In this document: positions 1 to 13,659 of the stretch, piece by piece
How the letters are laid out: each line of letters begins with the position of its first letter
How positions within the stretch are numbered: position 1 is the first letter of the stretch
From: Octopus sinensis
Taxonomy: Eukaryota
Direction: 5' to 3'
NCBI RefSeq assembly: GCF_006345805.1
Contig: NC_043010.1
Location: forward strand, 67,890,001 to 67,954,000
DNA length: 64,000 nucleotides
Notes under the pieces: generated by a model
The model's input: only the letters and a program-made list of their open reading frames with translations
What the model was told of the DNA's origin: nothing
Database searches by the model: none
Made by a program: the position numbers and the translations under genes

Positions 1-183
1 CTGCCTAAATTACTAATCCTTATTGAGTGGTCAATTAAATAAAGTAAGTCAAGAACAGGGGGTGATATAACCAAATCCCACACCTCAAAAATTGTCGGCC
101 TTATGTCTGAATTAGAAACATTTAATTTACTAGTCCCCTCCACCTAAATTACTGCCATTGCATTTAAATTATTATTATTATTA

Positions 184-214
<31 letters not shown>

Positions 215-609
215 TCAGTTGAAATACCACTGAGGTTGGTTTTGCTTTACATACTTTTAGGGTCAGTATAAGTATCATCAATTAAGTACTGGAAGCGGGG
301 GCGGTCAGTGTAATTGACTGACCCCTTCTTCCAAAATGTATCTATAGTAGATTATTATTATTATTGTTGTTGATCTGTCAACAGGTATTGCATATCGCTC
401 CCATACGTTTGTTATTGTTACATAGTCAAACTAATCAGGACCTTAGGGGCTATTTTGGTGTTTGTTTAGGCCAAAGTGCCTCTCTTTTTAAAAAAAAAAA
501 ATGAAGAAAAAAAGAAAGTTGGTGAAGGAGAACTGTTCGTCCACTGAAAGGAACAGTTAGTCATTTGGAAAAATGAACAGCCATCACTCCTGGTGTGCTT
601 ATAGAGACC

Positions 610-870
610 AGATTAGAGAGTTAAGCGGGTGTTAAGAGGAGCAATTGTCCACAACAAATGGTGTCCGAAGTCAGGACGCCATGATAGATCGTTAGCCCCT
701 ACACACATTTTTTTCTCTACTTGTTTTTTTCTGTATCTTTCTGTCGAAGAGTGTAGGCTCGAAACGTAAAAGACTTGTTCTATTTCTATTCCTGAGCGCC
801 ATACTAATACATTTGTTTGTTTGTACTCCACCTGGCTTCGTCTTTTGTTTATTTTCGTAAACTTTCCCTT
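610..870 (+). mobile_element. Penelope-like pLTR fragment with minimal hammerhead-like motif (736-773)
   Basis: tcttt-CTGTCGA-a-gagt/gtag/gctc-GAAAC-GT-A-aaaga; abuts a (TA)n tract. The PLE assignment is inferred from the HHR architecture. Confidence 0.55.
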
Positions 871-906
<36 letters not shown>

Positions 907-1566
907 ATATATGTTTGTCGCCCCAGCATCGCTTGACAACTGATGCTGGTGTGTTTATGTCCCTGTAACTTAGCAGTTCGGCAAAAGAGACCAATAGAAT
1001 AAGTACTAGGCTTACAAAAGAATAAGTCCTTGGGTTGATTTGCTCGACTAAAGGTGGTGCTCTAGCATGGCCACAGTCAATTGAATGAAACAAATAAAAG
1101 AGTAAAGAGTAATGAAAGTGTTACTGTATTTTCTGGCAGATAAGTCAATGTAGCATATAGTCTAAGTATATATATTGTAAACACTGAAACACAGTCGTTA
1201 TCTTTCCAAACCCTGCTGCATTTCACTTGGAATTTTTGTCCTCTCAAGTAGTTTTTGTGAATAAGTGAACCCAGCTTTTATTGGATGCAAATTTTGGTCT
1301 GAAAAATTTGACTTATATGCTGGAAAATACGGTAATAATAATAATGATGGGGACAATGGGAAGGATGGTTTCCCTTTGCAAATACCAATAGGGCACAGAA
1401 TAGCCAGCTGGAGAAGATGTTCTCCTGGGGCTACAAGCTACAGTAACATCCACCCTTAGTGGTTAGCCACATTTAGGTGACAAATATACTTCACATTGTT
1501 GTGCAGTTACTGTTTATACCTCGTCCAGAGATTTATTATTAAGAATAATAATGATAATAATAAAAG

Positions 1567-2100
1567 GTAATGGATGAAAAGGAGAAGGCAAAAATCCTCT
1601 GGGACTTTGACTGCCAGACAGAGAAGGTGTTAGAACAGTGAAGGCCGGATATAGTAACCTTTAGGAAGGACAAACAAAAGTGCCTAATAATTGACGTGGT
1701 GGTACCAGGAGATCAACAGATCATTATGAAAGAAAGAGAAAAGGTTGATAAATATGGAGACCTGAGGATTGGGATCGCTAAGATGTGGCAGCTACGAGAG
1801 TCAAACATAAAGTTATCCTTATTGTCATCAGAGCATTGGGTTCAATACCACCAAACCTGAAAAGAAAACATCTGGAAACTTTAGAAATACCCTACAATCT
1901 AGACGTATTGCAAAAATCAGCATTACTTGGAACTGTATGCAAGTTTCATAAAGTACTGTCTGTCTGAGGTCCTTGTTGTGACTTGGCAAACAGTACAAAC
2001 CCCTGGTAGACACAATATCTTCAATCAACATCACGATATGGGATACTGTGCGACATCTTAAATAATAATAATAATAATGATAATAATAATAATAATTAAT
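1567..2100 (+). mobile_element. R4/Dong-clade non-LTR retrotransposon 3' fragment (restriction-like endonuclease), (AAT)n tail
   Basis: Translates KILWDFDCQTEK..RPDIV..IIDVVVPGD..EKVDKYGDL..VIRALGSIP..LQKSALLGT with one stop and a frameshift; (AAT)n on both sides. Confidence 0.88.
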
Positions 2101-2467
2101 AGTATTATGTCTTCCTGAAGGGCTGAGAATATATAGTACCAGTCATGTACTGCAGATTGAGTTACTAGAATTTCTGACTAATTTGTAGTCTTGCATCTTA
2201 ACTTAGAAATCTTTGTCATTATTCCTTTTTGTACCACACACATTCCTGGAGGTTTGCAAGTAAAGGTCCTGCACCAAGTTGCACGTTTTTGCATTATAAA
2301 GCTGCTGCTTTTGCCCTTGGTCTCCAGTCATCATTTCTCATCCAAGATTATTTTTTGAAAGGAGGAGTCGAAGGGCCAACTCTGCTAGATTTCTTTAGTA
2401 GCTTTCTTGTCTTGTCTTTCACTTTTGTTAGTGTTGTTTGGACTTATTCGATGTTTTTTTCTTTCTC

Positions 2468-2582
2468 TCAAGTGTCCATGATGTGTTGGTAGCCAAATAT
2501 CCCCTTGTTAAGGCAGCCTAAATTCTGTTGGTTGAAGTCATTAGGTTTGGAGTGCACATGACCATTACCGACGTAGATGTGA
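2468..2582 (-). CDS. SMG8: SMG8 exon 22 (HIYVGNGHVHSKPNDFNQQNLGCLNKGIFGYQHIMDT*)
   Basis: Long pyrimidine tract + CAG; aligns with the YAYV..LRGVL C-terminus; TGA at 2470-2468. Confidence 0.85.
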
Positions 2583-5500
2583 CTGGAAGGTAACAGGATT
2601 AAGGAAAAAAAAAAGAAAATTTTTCAAAAAAGTATGAAAATAATATGAAGATAGGAACCGGTGTGGCTGTGTGGTAAGAAGTTTGCTTCCCAACCACATA
2701 GTTCTAGGCTCAGTCCCACTGCATGGCACCTTGGGCAAGTGTCTTTTACTATAGCCTCACAAGATTATAGTCTTGTGAGTGGATTTGGTAGATGGAAACT
2801 GAAAGAAGTCCATCATATGTGTATATATCTATGTATGTGTTTACCAGGTTTGCATGGGTCAGAGTTTATATTGAGGCAGATTTTCTACAGCTGGATGCCC
2901 TTCCTGTCACCAACCCTCACTTGTTTCCAAGCAAAGGTAAATAAGGCCCCGTGGCCAGACTTTCATGAAAGACTGGAAACAACATAGCTTGTATGGCAGT
3001 GACATCTATTGACAATCATCATGTCAAGACAATGTTACTTGCAAACGCACACACACCACACACACACACACACACAGAGAGGCTTCTTTCAGTTTCTGTC
3101 TACCAAATCCACTCACAAGGGTTTGGTCAGCCTGGGGCTGCAATAAAAGACACTTGGCTGAACCCAAGACCACAAGGTTAGGAAGCAAGTTCCTTAACCA
3201 CACAGCCACACCTGCACCTATACAATGATATATAAATAAACAAATCAAATAAATGAAAAACAAAATAATGAAAGAAAAATACAAAAAAAACCCCCACATG
3301 ATGACATCTTTCTTGCAAAGGATACGGTAAACGGAGGACCCAGATGTTACCAGGTGATAGCTTTATAGGATCGTCATTGCCCGGGTAGAAGTTTGGACCG
3401 TGGTGTGGGTGAGCTGGTTGCACGACTGGGTTCAGGGTCACTGTTATTGGACATTCAGGGGGTGCAGCATACACACGCATCAGTTGAGCCATGTGACCTT
3501 TGGTACTGCAGAAATATTAAGACAAAAGTGTAAATAAGTAAGAGGGGAGAGGGGAGGGTGAAGATGAGGGCAAAAGAAAAATAGAGAGAGAGAGAATGAA
3601 AGATTAGAGAAGTCTTGAAACCCATTTGGTTATGAATAAAGTAAACCCATATATATATATATTAGGGAATATAACTCCAAACTTACAGGGAAAAATTCAA
3701 TTTAGTATCAAATCAAATTTCACAATATAAATATATAAATTCGATTAAATTTAAATTTAATTGTAATTCGAACTTAATTATAGCCATGAAACGTATGTAG
3801 TTTTTTACTTATTGATTATTCATTTTTATACTTTTTGTGATCTAGTTATATGTTTTATATAAAAATATATTTTATTTTTTATTTATGATTTGGTTTATGT
3901 CTATCATTGTTTGAATTGCATAATAGTGATTTTTTTCTCTAATTTATATATCATATATTATATATATATATTTATTTACACATTTAAAAAAAATAAATAA
4001 GGATAAGACTTATTTAAAATAATGATCATAAACAAGTGGCCAGTATAGGAAGAAAAACCATAGAGGTAATAATTGTTATTAAAATTATAATTAATTATAA
4101 TTATATCTAAGAGATACTATATATTTACTTCGTCGTTATATTCACTGCACTGGTGTTTTGACCATATAGTATGTGGTGTTTAGATGGACAATTGAACCGG
4201 TTGTGTATATCCATACATATATATGTATGTATACGTGTGCATATGTAAGTATTTGTAGATTGTATTCAAGCGAGGTCGTTGTCAGTGCTGCTCGACTGGC
4301 TCCTGTGCAGGTTGCACATAAAAAACACCATTTGAGCATGGCCATCACCAGTACTGCCTGACTGGCCTTCATGCTGGTGGCTCGTAAAAGCACCCACTAC
4401 ACTCTTGGAGTGGTTGGCGTTAGGAAGGGCATCCAGCTGTAGAAACACTGCCAGATCAAACAGAAGCCTGGAACAGCCATCTGGCTTGCCAGTCCTCAGT
4501 CAAACCATCCAACCCATGCCAGCATGGAAAGCAGACGTTAAATGATGATACATATTGGTAATTATGTACTATTTTTGGTATATCTCACTGAGGAGGCAAA
4601 GTATATTTTTATACAAAGCCAGAAATCCTGATCTGGGATTATCCAGTAATTTTTGCTAGTTCATTTGTCTATTTGTCTTTTCACCTTGTATGAGTACACG
4701 ATGTGGTTTTAGAGTCAGGTTTTGACTGCTATTTCGAGCATGGTGGTATCTCTTAGATTAAATATATCAGTTAAGGCGAAGAAGAATTTGTTCCTTCATT
4801 TTGAAATGCAAGAGGATTTTCTTTCTAAACTAGTATAACGCCTGGGAATAAAAAAATTTCCTATGCCGGAAGGAGGGGCAAATACATCACACCTGTAAAC
4901 TAAGTATTAATTTCGTAATTCTATAATATAAAACTTTTATAATCAAATAAGGGTCTATTGGGATTTTTGACTTTTGTCTTTAAGCTGACTTTGCATAAAT
5001 TGGGTGATGGTGTAAATGCTGAAATACAACAAATCAAGGGGTTAATAGAGAAGAGAAGGGATTTGAGAATCACTGCCTTAGAGACATGGAAAATAATCAG
5101 AATTAACAGAGTGGTATAAATTAATGGTTTCCTTACCGACAGGGACACGAACAAAACAGTGGCATGTCTGATGTTAACAACTTGTGGGCGTTATCCTGAA
5201 TGATAAAAATGATAGTAACAATGATAATAATCATGATGATGATGATAATGGAGGAGACCCCCTTCGGTCATGAATGACCATGGGATTGCACCTAGAAAGT
5301 TACCCTCCCAAGCACAAGTCCGGGCAAGGTTGTTTATGGACAACCAGCAATTGCCCATGCATACTGGCTTCCCCTCTCCACGCCACCAGTGTTATCCAAG
5401 GGAAAGACAAAGGCTGATACAGCTTGGCACCAGTAATGTCACAATTCATTTCTACAGCTGAGTGAACTGGAGCAACGTGAAATAAAGTGTCTTGCTCAAG

Positions 5501-8500
5501 AACACAACATGCAGCCTGGTCCGGGAATTGAACTCACAACCTCATCTTCCAAAAGCTATCAACTACTTTCAGTGAGTCTTCTAGGGCATCTATTTCTGAT
5601 GTGTTTGTAGAACCCATTGCTTCATTGCACCTATGAGGTGGTATCAAAAAGTTCTTGGACTAATTCTGTAGTGCACCAACAGATGGCAGCACATGGCTGT
5701 GTGTGTGTGATGAGAGCTAGCAGTGACTTTCATGAGACAGTGTGCCGAATTACATCGCTGTGTTTACAATGCAAATTGTGAAATTTGTGTTTTGGTGACC
5801 ACGTGTATGTAGTAGTCTGCGATTTTGTCATGGAAGAGGAAGTTGGAACAGAGAGCCAATGTGAAATTTTGTGTTAATCCTTCAGCATTTGAACAGGCCA
5901 TATTTGGCCAAAATATTCTGCTTCTTGTATGTTCAAACTCGATAGATCCAACATCTCACAACTACCCTACAATGGGTAGCTTTTAAAAATAAAGAAGTAC
6001 ATCATTGAAATCTTGAAACTGTAAGATAATGCATGATTAAATCAAAGCAATGTTAATAAATAAAGAGTAATCTGAATGCTAAAGGGTTAAACTTGGGAAG
6101 TCTGTTACAGAGACATATGAAAGTTATATTCTTTGCTAGTCTACTTGTGATTCTGCTATGTTGCTTATGCATCTATAGCTTACATTGCATACAACATGAC
6201 AACATGTGAACTTTATACCTATTCCTATTCTGCATATTGAGCATGGCCATTTCTCTGAAGGCATCAGAGTCCTGCCTTTTTTCTTACTAACTAAAACCTT
6301 AATCTCTGCTAAGTTTACCTTAAGACCTCCCAATTCTTGGTTTAGCTTCGTTGACTGGAAATTCCTCTCTAATTCCCCTATGAGAACCAGATTATCAGCA
6401 TATAAGAGTTCCTGTGGACAGCTAGCCTTAAACTCTACAGTGATGGCCTGTGGGACTATGACGAATAGGAGGGGACCGAGGACTGAACCTTGATGAACTT
6501 CAACCCTTGTACTAAATTCTCACTGACGTTAACTCACACTTTACTTACTGTGGCTTTATACATAACTTGTACAGTCCTCACAAGCTATTCCGCAATGCCT
6601 AGGTTCCTTAGTGCATGTGGCACCCTGTCAAATGCCTTCTCCAAGTCAACAGAGCAAGCACTAATGGTTTACTCTTAGCCAAGCTTTTCTCCTGTAGTTG
6701 CCTTATTAGGAAGATTGCATCTGGGGTACCTCTCCCAGGCATGAAAACAAACAGCATTTCAACTAGATCTACCCTGTTACAAATCAGTAGCAGCAGGATT
6801 CTCTCTGTGACCATCATAGTCTGAACTTTATATAACTGCTTCTCTCTAAAACATCTCCTTTGCCTATCTAGCAGTTTATGATGATACTACTATGTCAATC
6901 ATTGGGTATGATTCCTTGCATAACTTGATTCTCTAGGTGGTAATCCTGTACCCTACCCCACAAGTTATTTTGAACATCACCATAACTACCCCTAATGGGC
7001 CTTCTCCTCTCTTCCTGTCCTTGATCATTTTATCTTCATGGTCTCACATGAAGCAATTTTTCTGTGCTTCTGGGCATGTACTGAGATAACTGTTACAGTT
7101 GAGTTGCCTATAACATCTTGATTATCCTATCACATACCTTGGCTACCTCAATTACTTTATCACTCAGCTAACAATATGCCTATTCTACCCCTAGTGTCAC
7201 TGTTACTCCTCCAGAACAATTTGTATATCTGTCTTTTACCCATGATGAGTTTGGTTGGGCATCCTTTCCCTCTTACCTCTTGCACACAACACACACATTC
7301 TCTCATTTCCACAATCTTACCAGACATACTTTTCATTGTGCTCATCTTTATGGTTGCAACCTTAAAGTTTTGAAATCCACAGGAAGTGGGGTGGGATATC
7401 AGTTAGAAGGCAATTTGATGGATGGTTCACACTAGAAATAGCAGAGATGATGTAGGTCTCAAAAGAAATTTTTATTTATCATCAAAATATATGAAGAAAC
7501 AGTTGAGATGCATGAAATATCCATGTCCAACCAACATTTCATATTTTTTTTTCACAGTGCTTTTTATTTTTTTAAATCAAGGCTGTACTTGATCAAAGTT
7601 AACCCGGGGCTTAAAATATGGAGATCTATCACAGAAGTATATTTACCTTCACGTTACTGGAACTGGACATTTTAACTAGTTTGTCTGGGCCGCTGCTGAA
7701 GAATCTGTGGCCTCGTGGGCATTCATATTCAACACCAATGTATACACGAACATTCACTTCACCAGACTCTGAAAGCAACGACAAAAAACTTTTATACATA
7801 CATATACAATAAAATTCAATGACTGGCATCCAAGCTAGCGGGGTGCAAAGAGCACCATACGAGTGTGATTGTTGACAGAGCAGCTAACCGGCTTCCATGC
7901 CAGAGCCACATAAAAGGCACCATTTGAGTGTGATCGTTACCAGCGTCACCTTACTGGCACTTGTGCCTGTGCTAGTAGGGTGCCAAGAGCACCAGCCGAG
8001 CGTGATTGTTGCCAGAGCAGCCATCTGGCTTCCGTGCCGGTGGCACGTAAAGGGCACCATTTGAGTGTGATCGTTACCAACGTCACCTTACTGGCACCTG
8101 TGCTGGTGGCATGTGTAAAAAGATTCGAGCGAGGTAGTTGCCAGTACTGCCTGACTGGCAATGATCGTAGCCGTTTGCCAGCCCCCTCTGGCCCCAGTGC
8201 CGGTGACACGTAAAAAGCACCCACAACACTCTCGGAGTGGTTGGCGTTAGGAAGGGCATTCAGCTGTAGAAACTCTGCCAGATCAAGTAAGGTAATGTTT
8301 CCCTGTAACCAAACATGCTTTTATGGAAGACTGTAAACAAAGGACACCTCTTGTATAAAAGGTGACACTCATTTACAATTATCACAAGGTGCCAAGGAAA
8401 AGAAATAGTATTGCATACCCACATGCATGTGTGTGTGTCTTTCTCTCTCAAAAAACCAGATGTGAGAAACAAATTGTTCAACTATTTCCATACTGGTTAC

Positions 8501-8982
8501 AACTGTTTCATAATTAACTCAGGTTCTCAAAATAATTCTGAAATGTCACTTATAGGTGAAAGAGTGGCTGTGTGGTAAGTAGCTTGCTTACGAACCACAT
8601 GATTCCAGGTTCAGTCCCACTGCATGGCACCTTGGGTAAGTGTCTTCTACTATAGCCTTGGGCCGACCAAAGCCTTGTGAGTGGATTTGGTAGATGGAAA
8701 CTGAAATAAGCCTGAGCACCGCCTGACTGGTGTCCATGTCAGTGACACGTAAAAGCACCAACCGATCGTGGCCGTATGCCAGCCTCCTCTGGCCCTCGTG
8801 CCAGCGGCACATAAAAGCTCCACTACACTATTGGAGTGGTTGGCGCTAGGAAGGGAATCCAGCTGTAGAAACACTGCCAGATCAGACTGGAGCCTTGCAC
8901 AGCCTCATGGCCTCCCAGACCCTGATCGAACCATCCAACACATGCTAGCATGGAAAATGGACGTTAAATGATGATGATGATG

Positions 8983-9014
<32 letters not shown>

Positions 9015-12000
9015 ATGTGTGTATGTTTGTTCCCACCAATATCGCTTGACAACCGATGCTGGTGTGCTTACATCCCTGTAACTTAGCAGTTTGGCAAAAG
9101 AGCCCGGTAGAATAAGTACCAGGCTTACAAGGAATGAGTCGTGGGGTCGATTAGCTCGACTAAAGGCGGTGCTCCAGCATGGTCACAGTCAAAGGACTGA
9201 AACAAGTACAAGAGTAAAAGAGTTACCTTTTTGAATCCTTTTTTGTTTGGTCTTTTTGTTTGCTTCTCCCAGACCAGGCCATTTGTCTTTCTCCATACGC
9301 AGCGAGATATCCCAGGGCAATAGGAAATTACTGCCGTGGAAAAAACCAGGAAGGTCCAAACCTAAGACAGATATAGGTACAGAGGGGCTTTTTATTGCAA
9401 TAAATTTAGTCAGGGATCATATATTGAAACAGGTACAGAAATAGATACATATATTATAACCTTGGATCGTAGAATGACCCGTATTGCTTGGAGAGACCTA
9501 TTGAGTCAAGTACGTTAACACCAACATCAAAATGAAAATCAAATGGAAATTGCAGTTAAGATACCCGTACCGGTGACACGTTAAAAGCACCATCCGATCG
9601 TGGCCGTTTGCCAGCCTCCACTGGCCCCTGTGCTGGTGGCACGTAAAAAGCACCCACTACACTCACAGAGTGGTTGGCGTTAGGAAGGGCATCCAGCTGT
9701 AGAAACACTGCCAGATCAGACTGGAGCCTGGCGCAGCCTCCTGGCTTCCCAGACTCTGGTCGAACCGTCCAACCCATGCTAGCATGGAAAACAGACGTTA
9801 AACGATGATGATGATTATAGTTGGTAGTTAATTGAAGGTTTGATACACTTCAACATTGCAAAAAGTGTGGAAGAAAATTAATGACAAGAAGTAAATTATC
9901 ATAAAAGAAAAAATATTTTGTTTCCAAAACCTTCTGGATTTGGTAAATGGAAACTGAAGCCATGTGTGTGTGTGTGTTTGTTTACATTTATGCTTCTCTG
10001 AAAACTGCTCAGGTATGGGCGGTGATGTTGCTGTCAGTACCCCTGTCGATGGGTCATCCATTGGCTTTGCATCTCCAACGACATGTGGAATAAGATATCC
10101 CTTACTTGCAAAGCTGTTGTTTGCAACAGAAAGGGCACCCAGCTGTAAAACAATGCCTCAGCTATAAATTCATGAAACCCAAATGCCTGTGAGGGTGTTT
10201 GTTCTTATATTGGTTTAAGTCATTAGTGCTGGGTATTTTGTCAATCAGATCAACCCCGGTATTTAATCCAATTTAGGACTTGTTTTATCCATCTCTGTAA
10301 AACCACTAAGTTACCAAACATAACTAGTTTTTAAGTGGTGTCAACTAAAACACAAATATGGACACACACACACACATATACACGATAGGCTTCTTTCAGT
10401 TTCCTTCTGCCAAATCCACACGCAAGGTTTTGGTTAACCCAGGGCTATAGCAGAAGACTATAGTACAAGGTACATACAGTGGAAATGAACCAAGTTTGGG
10501 AGGTGAAATTTTATTTTTCATATATATATATATATCTCAGGGCTATAGTAAGAGACACTTGCCCAGGATGCTGGCTGTGCAGTGGGACTGAACCCAAAGC
10601 CATGTGCAAACTTCTTAAGTGCATAGCCAAAGATCTTTCAGTATAACACACACACATATGTAGAACAATTGTACTTACATACACACATGTATTTGTGCAC
10701 ACACACACACAGCAAGAAATAAATATAAATAAAAAGTGATAGTATAACCAAAAAGAAAAAAATTAGTAATTGGTTTCCTCACCTTGAGAGTGGACATAGG
10801 AGCTGGTCTTGCCCAGGGCACACAGTGACCATGATGAAAACTTAGGCAACAGTCCAGATGGAGAGTCTGAGTTAATCATATCAGGTAGATATTCTGTTGT
10901 TGAATGTTGACGGTCAAATACTCGCTCGACTTCTACAGAGGAAAGACAAAGTAGTAAAACAATACATGAAAGTTAAAAAGTCATCTAAATATCCATCTAT
11001 CTTCTTTGCTCATTAATCTTGTAGATCTTAGGCACCTCCTCTGCAGGGCCCTATCAAAAGCAACCATAGTCATCTTCACCCACTATTCCTGAAAAGGTCA
11101 TGCAGGGATATAGGGTAAAGTGGGTAGAGATCTAAAGCATCTTCTTCACAGGGCCCTATCAAAAGCAACTGTCATCATCTTCACCCACTATTCCTGAAAG
11201 GGTCATGCAGGGGTATAGATCTCAAGCACCTCCTCCAGAGGGCCCTATAAAAAGCAACCATCCTCATCTTCACCGACTATTCATGGAAGGATCATGTGGG
11301 GGGTATAGATCTCAAGCACCTCCTCCACAGGGCCCTATCAAAAGCAACTTCAGATTGGATTCTCAAACTGAGATTATGGATATTATCCAAACTTCTCTAA
11401 TTCTTGGTCTAACCCTAGGTCTCCTGCAGGTTGGTTTGGCTGAAGAATGTATTTTGTGAGTCTTTCTTGTGACATTCTAATTACAAGACTCTAATAGCAG
11501 AGCTCTGACCTCTCAATGTGGAGAAGTAGCATCTCATCCCTGATCTCCAAGCCATGCATCCTGTTAAGTAAAGTTAATCCAAAGATCCTTCAGGAAAACT
11601 TAAATTTCAGCTGCATATATTTGGGATTATACTCTTTTGGTCATTACCCAACATTTATGATCCCAGGTGAGGACAGGCATAAAAAAAACCAAATTGAAGA
11701 TACCGAGTTTTAATTTTTTGTCAAACTCTCCTCTTCTGAGAATTGAGTGCTGGAACAGGCAGAATATTGAGCAGGCATCTGTAAGTCTAACATCCTGTCT
11801 AGTTCCCTGATTGCCAGCTACACTAGAAGATTAAAAGGTTTCAGAAAACTACTTATATAGTAGCTACCCTGTCTAGGGTTGTAGGTGTGTAGCCTTGGTC
11901 AGAAGGCGGAAGGCCTATAGCAATGTCAGTCATCATCATCATTGTTTAATGTTTGTTTTCCATGCTGGCATAGGTTGGACGGTTCAACTGGGGACTAGGA

Positions 12001-13625
12001 AGCCAGGAGGCTGCACTAGGCTCCTATCTGATTCTGGCAGTATTTCTACAGCTAGATGCCCTTCCTAATGTCAACTACTCCGAGAGCATAGTAGGTGCTT
12101 TTTACAAGCCACCGGCACAGGAGCCAGAGGGGGCTGGCACTGACCACGTTCGGATGGTGCTTTTTACGTGCCACCAGCACAAGAGCCAGTCAAATGATAA
12201 ATTTTTGAACGAAAACATTTCTCTCATAAGTGAACAAGTCAGTAATGGATATTGGCTACAAACCTGCAAGGAAAAGGTTCTAACAACCTTATAAAGTGTT
12301 GTGCAAATTCTACAAAAGCTTTCAGCAAACACCATCAAATAACATTCACAAAGAATCCGGAAAAACTTAGGACTTAACTGGAAATATAACCATGGTCTCA
12401 AATAATAACAACAGAGACAAGATGTACAATCAAGATCTCCCATACATCATAAGTCTGTATAGAATACATTAGTGGTATAGCCCAGCGTTGCTCGGGCTTG
12501 TTTACTTTTCGACCCTTTAGAATTGGAATTTTTGAAAAGTAAAAATTTTGCATTATGTAGCTTGTTATTCTCTTTAAGTAAGCATTTTTCTGGTTGAAAT
12601 ACACCGAAAAATGGCGACACAGCAGTCAAAAAAATCGTAAGAAATAGGGTTTTTCATAGAAAAAAAGCACCGTTTTGATGTAAATAATTTTTGGTTTTAA
12701 CATGGTCCGATTTGAATTTTTTCTTCTACGAAAGAAAGAGCAAGCCTTCTTCTATCATACTCTCAATTTTGGTCAACTTGCGTCGCAGGGTCTCAGAGGA
12801 GATAGTGTTAGTTGAAGGCTACCAAAACCTGTCATACACAGACAACTTCAGCTTTGTATATATATAGATTTAGAAATAAAGGTTTCACACACAAAATATC
12901 TAAAAATGAAGCATTGACCACACTTTTATAAAACCAAAAGATTATAGAGACACATCAGCCACAGTCCGATGACTGAAACCAATAAAAGAATGAAAACACA
13001 AACAATACATTAGATCCACTGTGGACTTTCTGGTTCATACTTCATCTTACATAGGATCTCAATCTCCAGATAACAAACCAGGATACATTACAAAGAACAG
13101 GAAACCCACTCACTATGTATTATAAAATGTTGTGATTTTCTCATGCAATAGGGGTTGTTTAAAAATGGCAAGAAAAAGTTGTTTTTTTTTCATTTTTATT
13201 TACCTGGCTGTGTTAAACGGATCTCTTGTGGGTGGCTGTTGCTGGCTTCAGCAAGACTCTCTGTATTCATATTAGTGGATGCAAAAAGATCACTGCTTCC
13301 TGACTGACCTGCAGCAGACAAAATAAACATCTTATTACATATACATGTGCATACATATGTTACACACACACACACACAGACACACATATATACACACTAT
13401 CTTTCTCTAACTTTACTCGTTACTTGTTTCAGTCATTTGACTGCGGCCATGCTGGAGCACCGCCTTTAGTCGAGCAAATCGACCCCAGGACTTATTCTTT
13501 GTAAGCCTAGTACTTTTTCTTTCGTTCTCTTTTGCCGAACTGCTAAGTTACAGGGACGTAAACACACCAGCATCGGTTGTCAAGTGATGTTGCAGGGCAA
13601 AAATACAGACACACACACACACATG

Positions 13626-13659
<34 letters not shown>

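Noticed and set aside
2330-2470. Lys-rich reading after the SMG8 stop suggesting readthrough
   Set aside because: A second in-frame TAA follows after 7 codons
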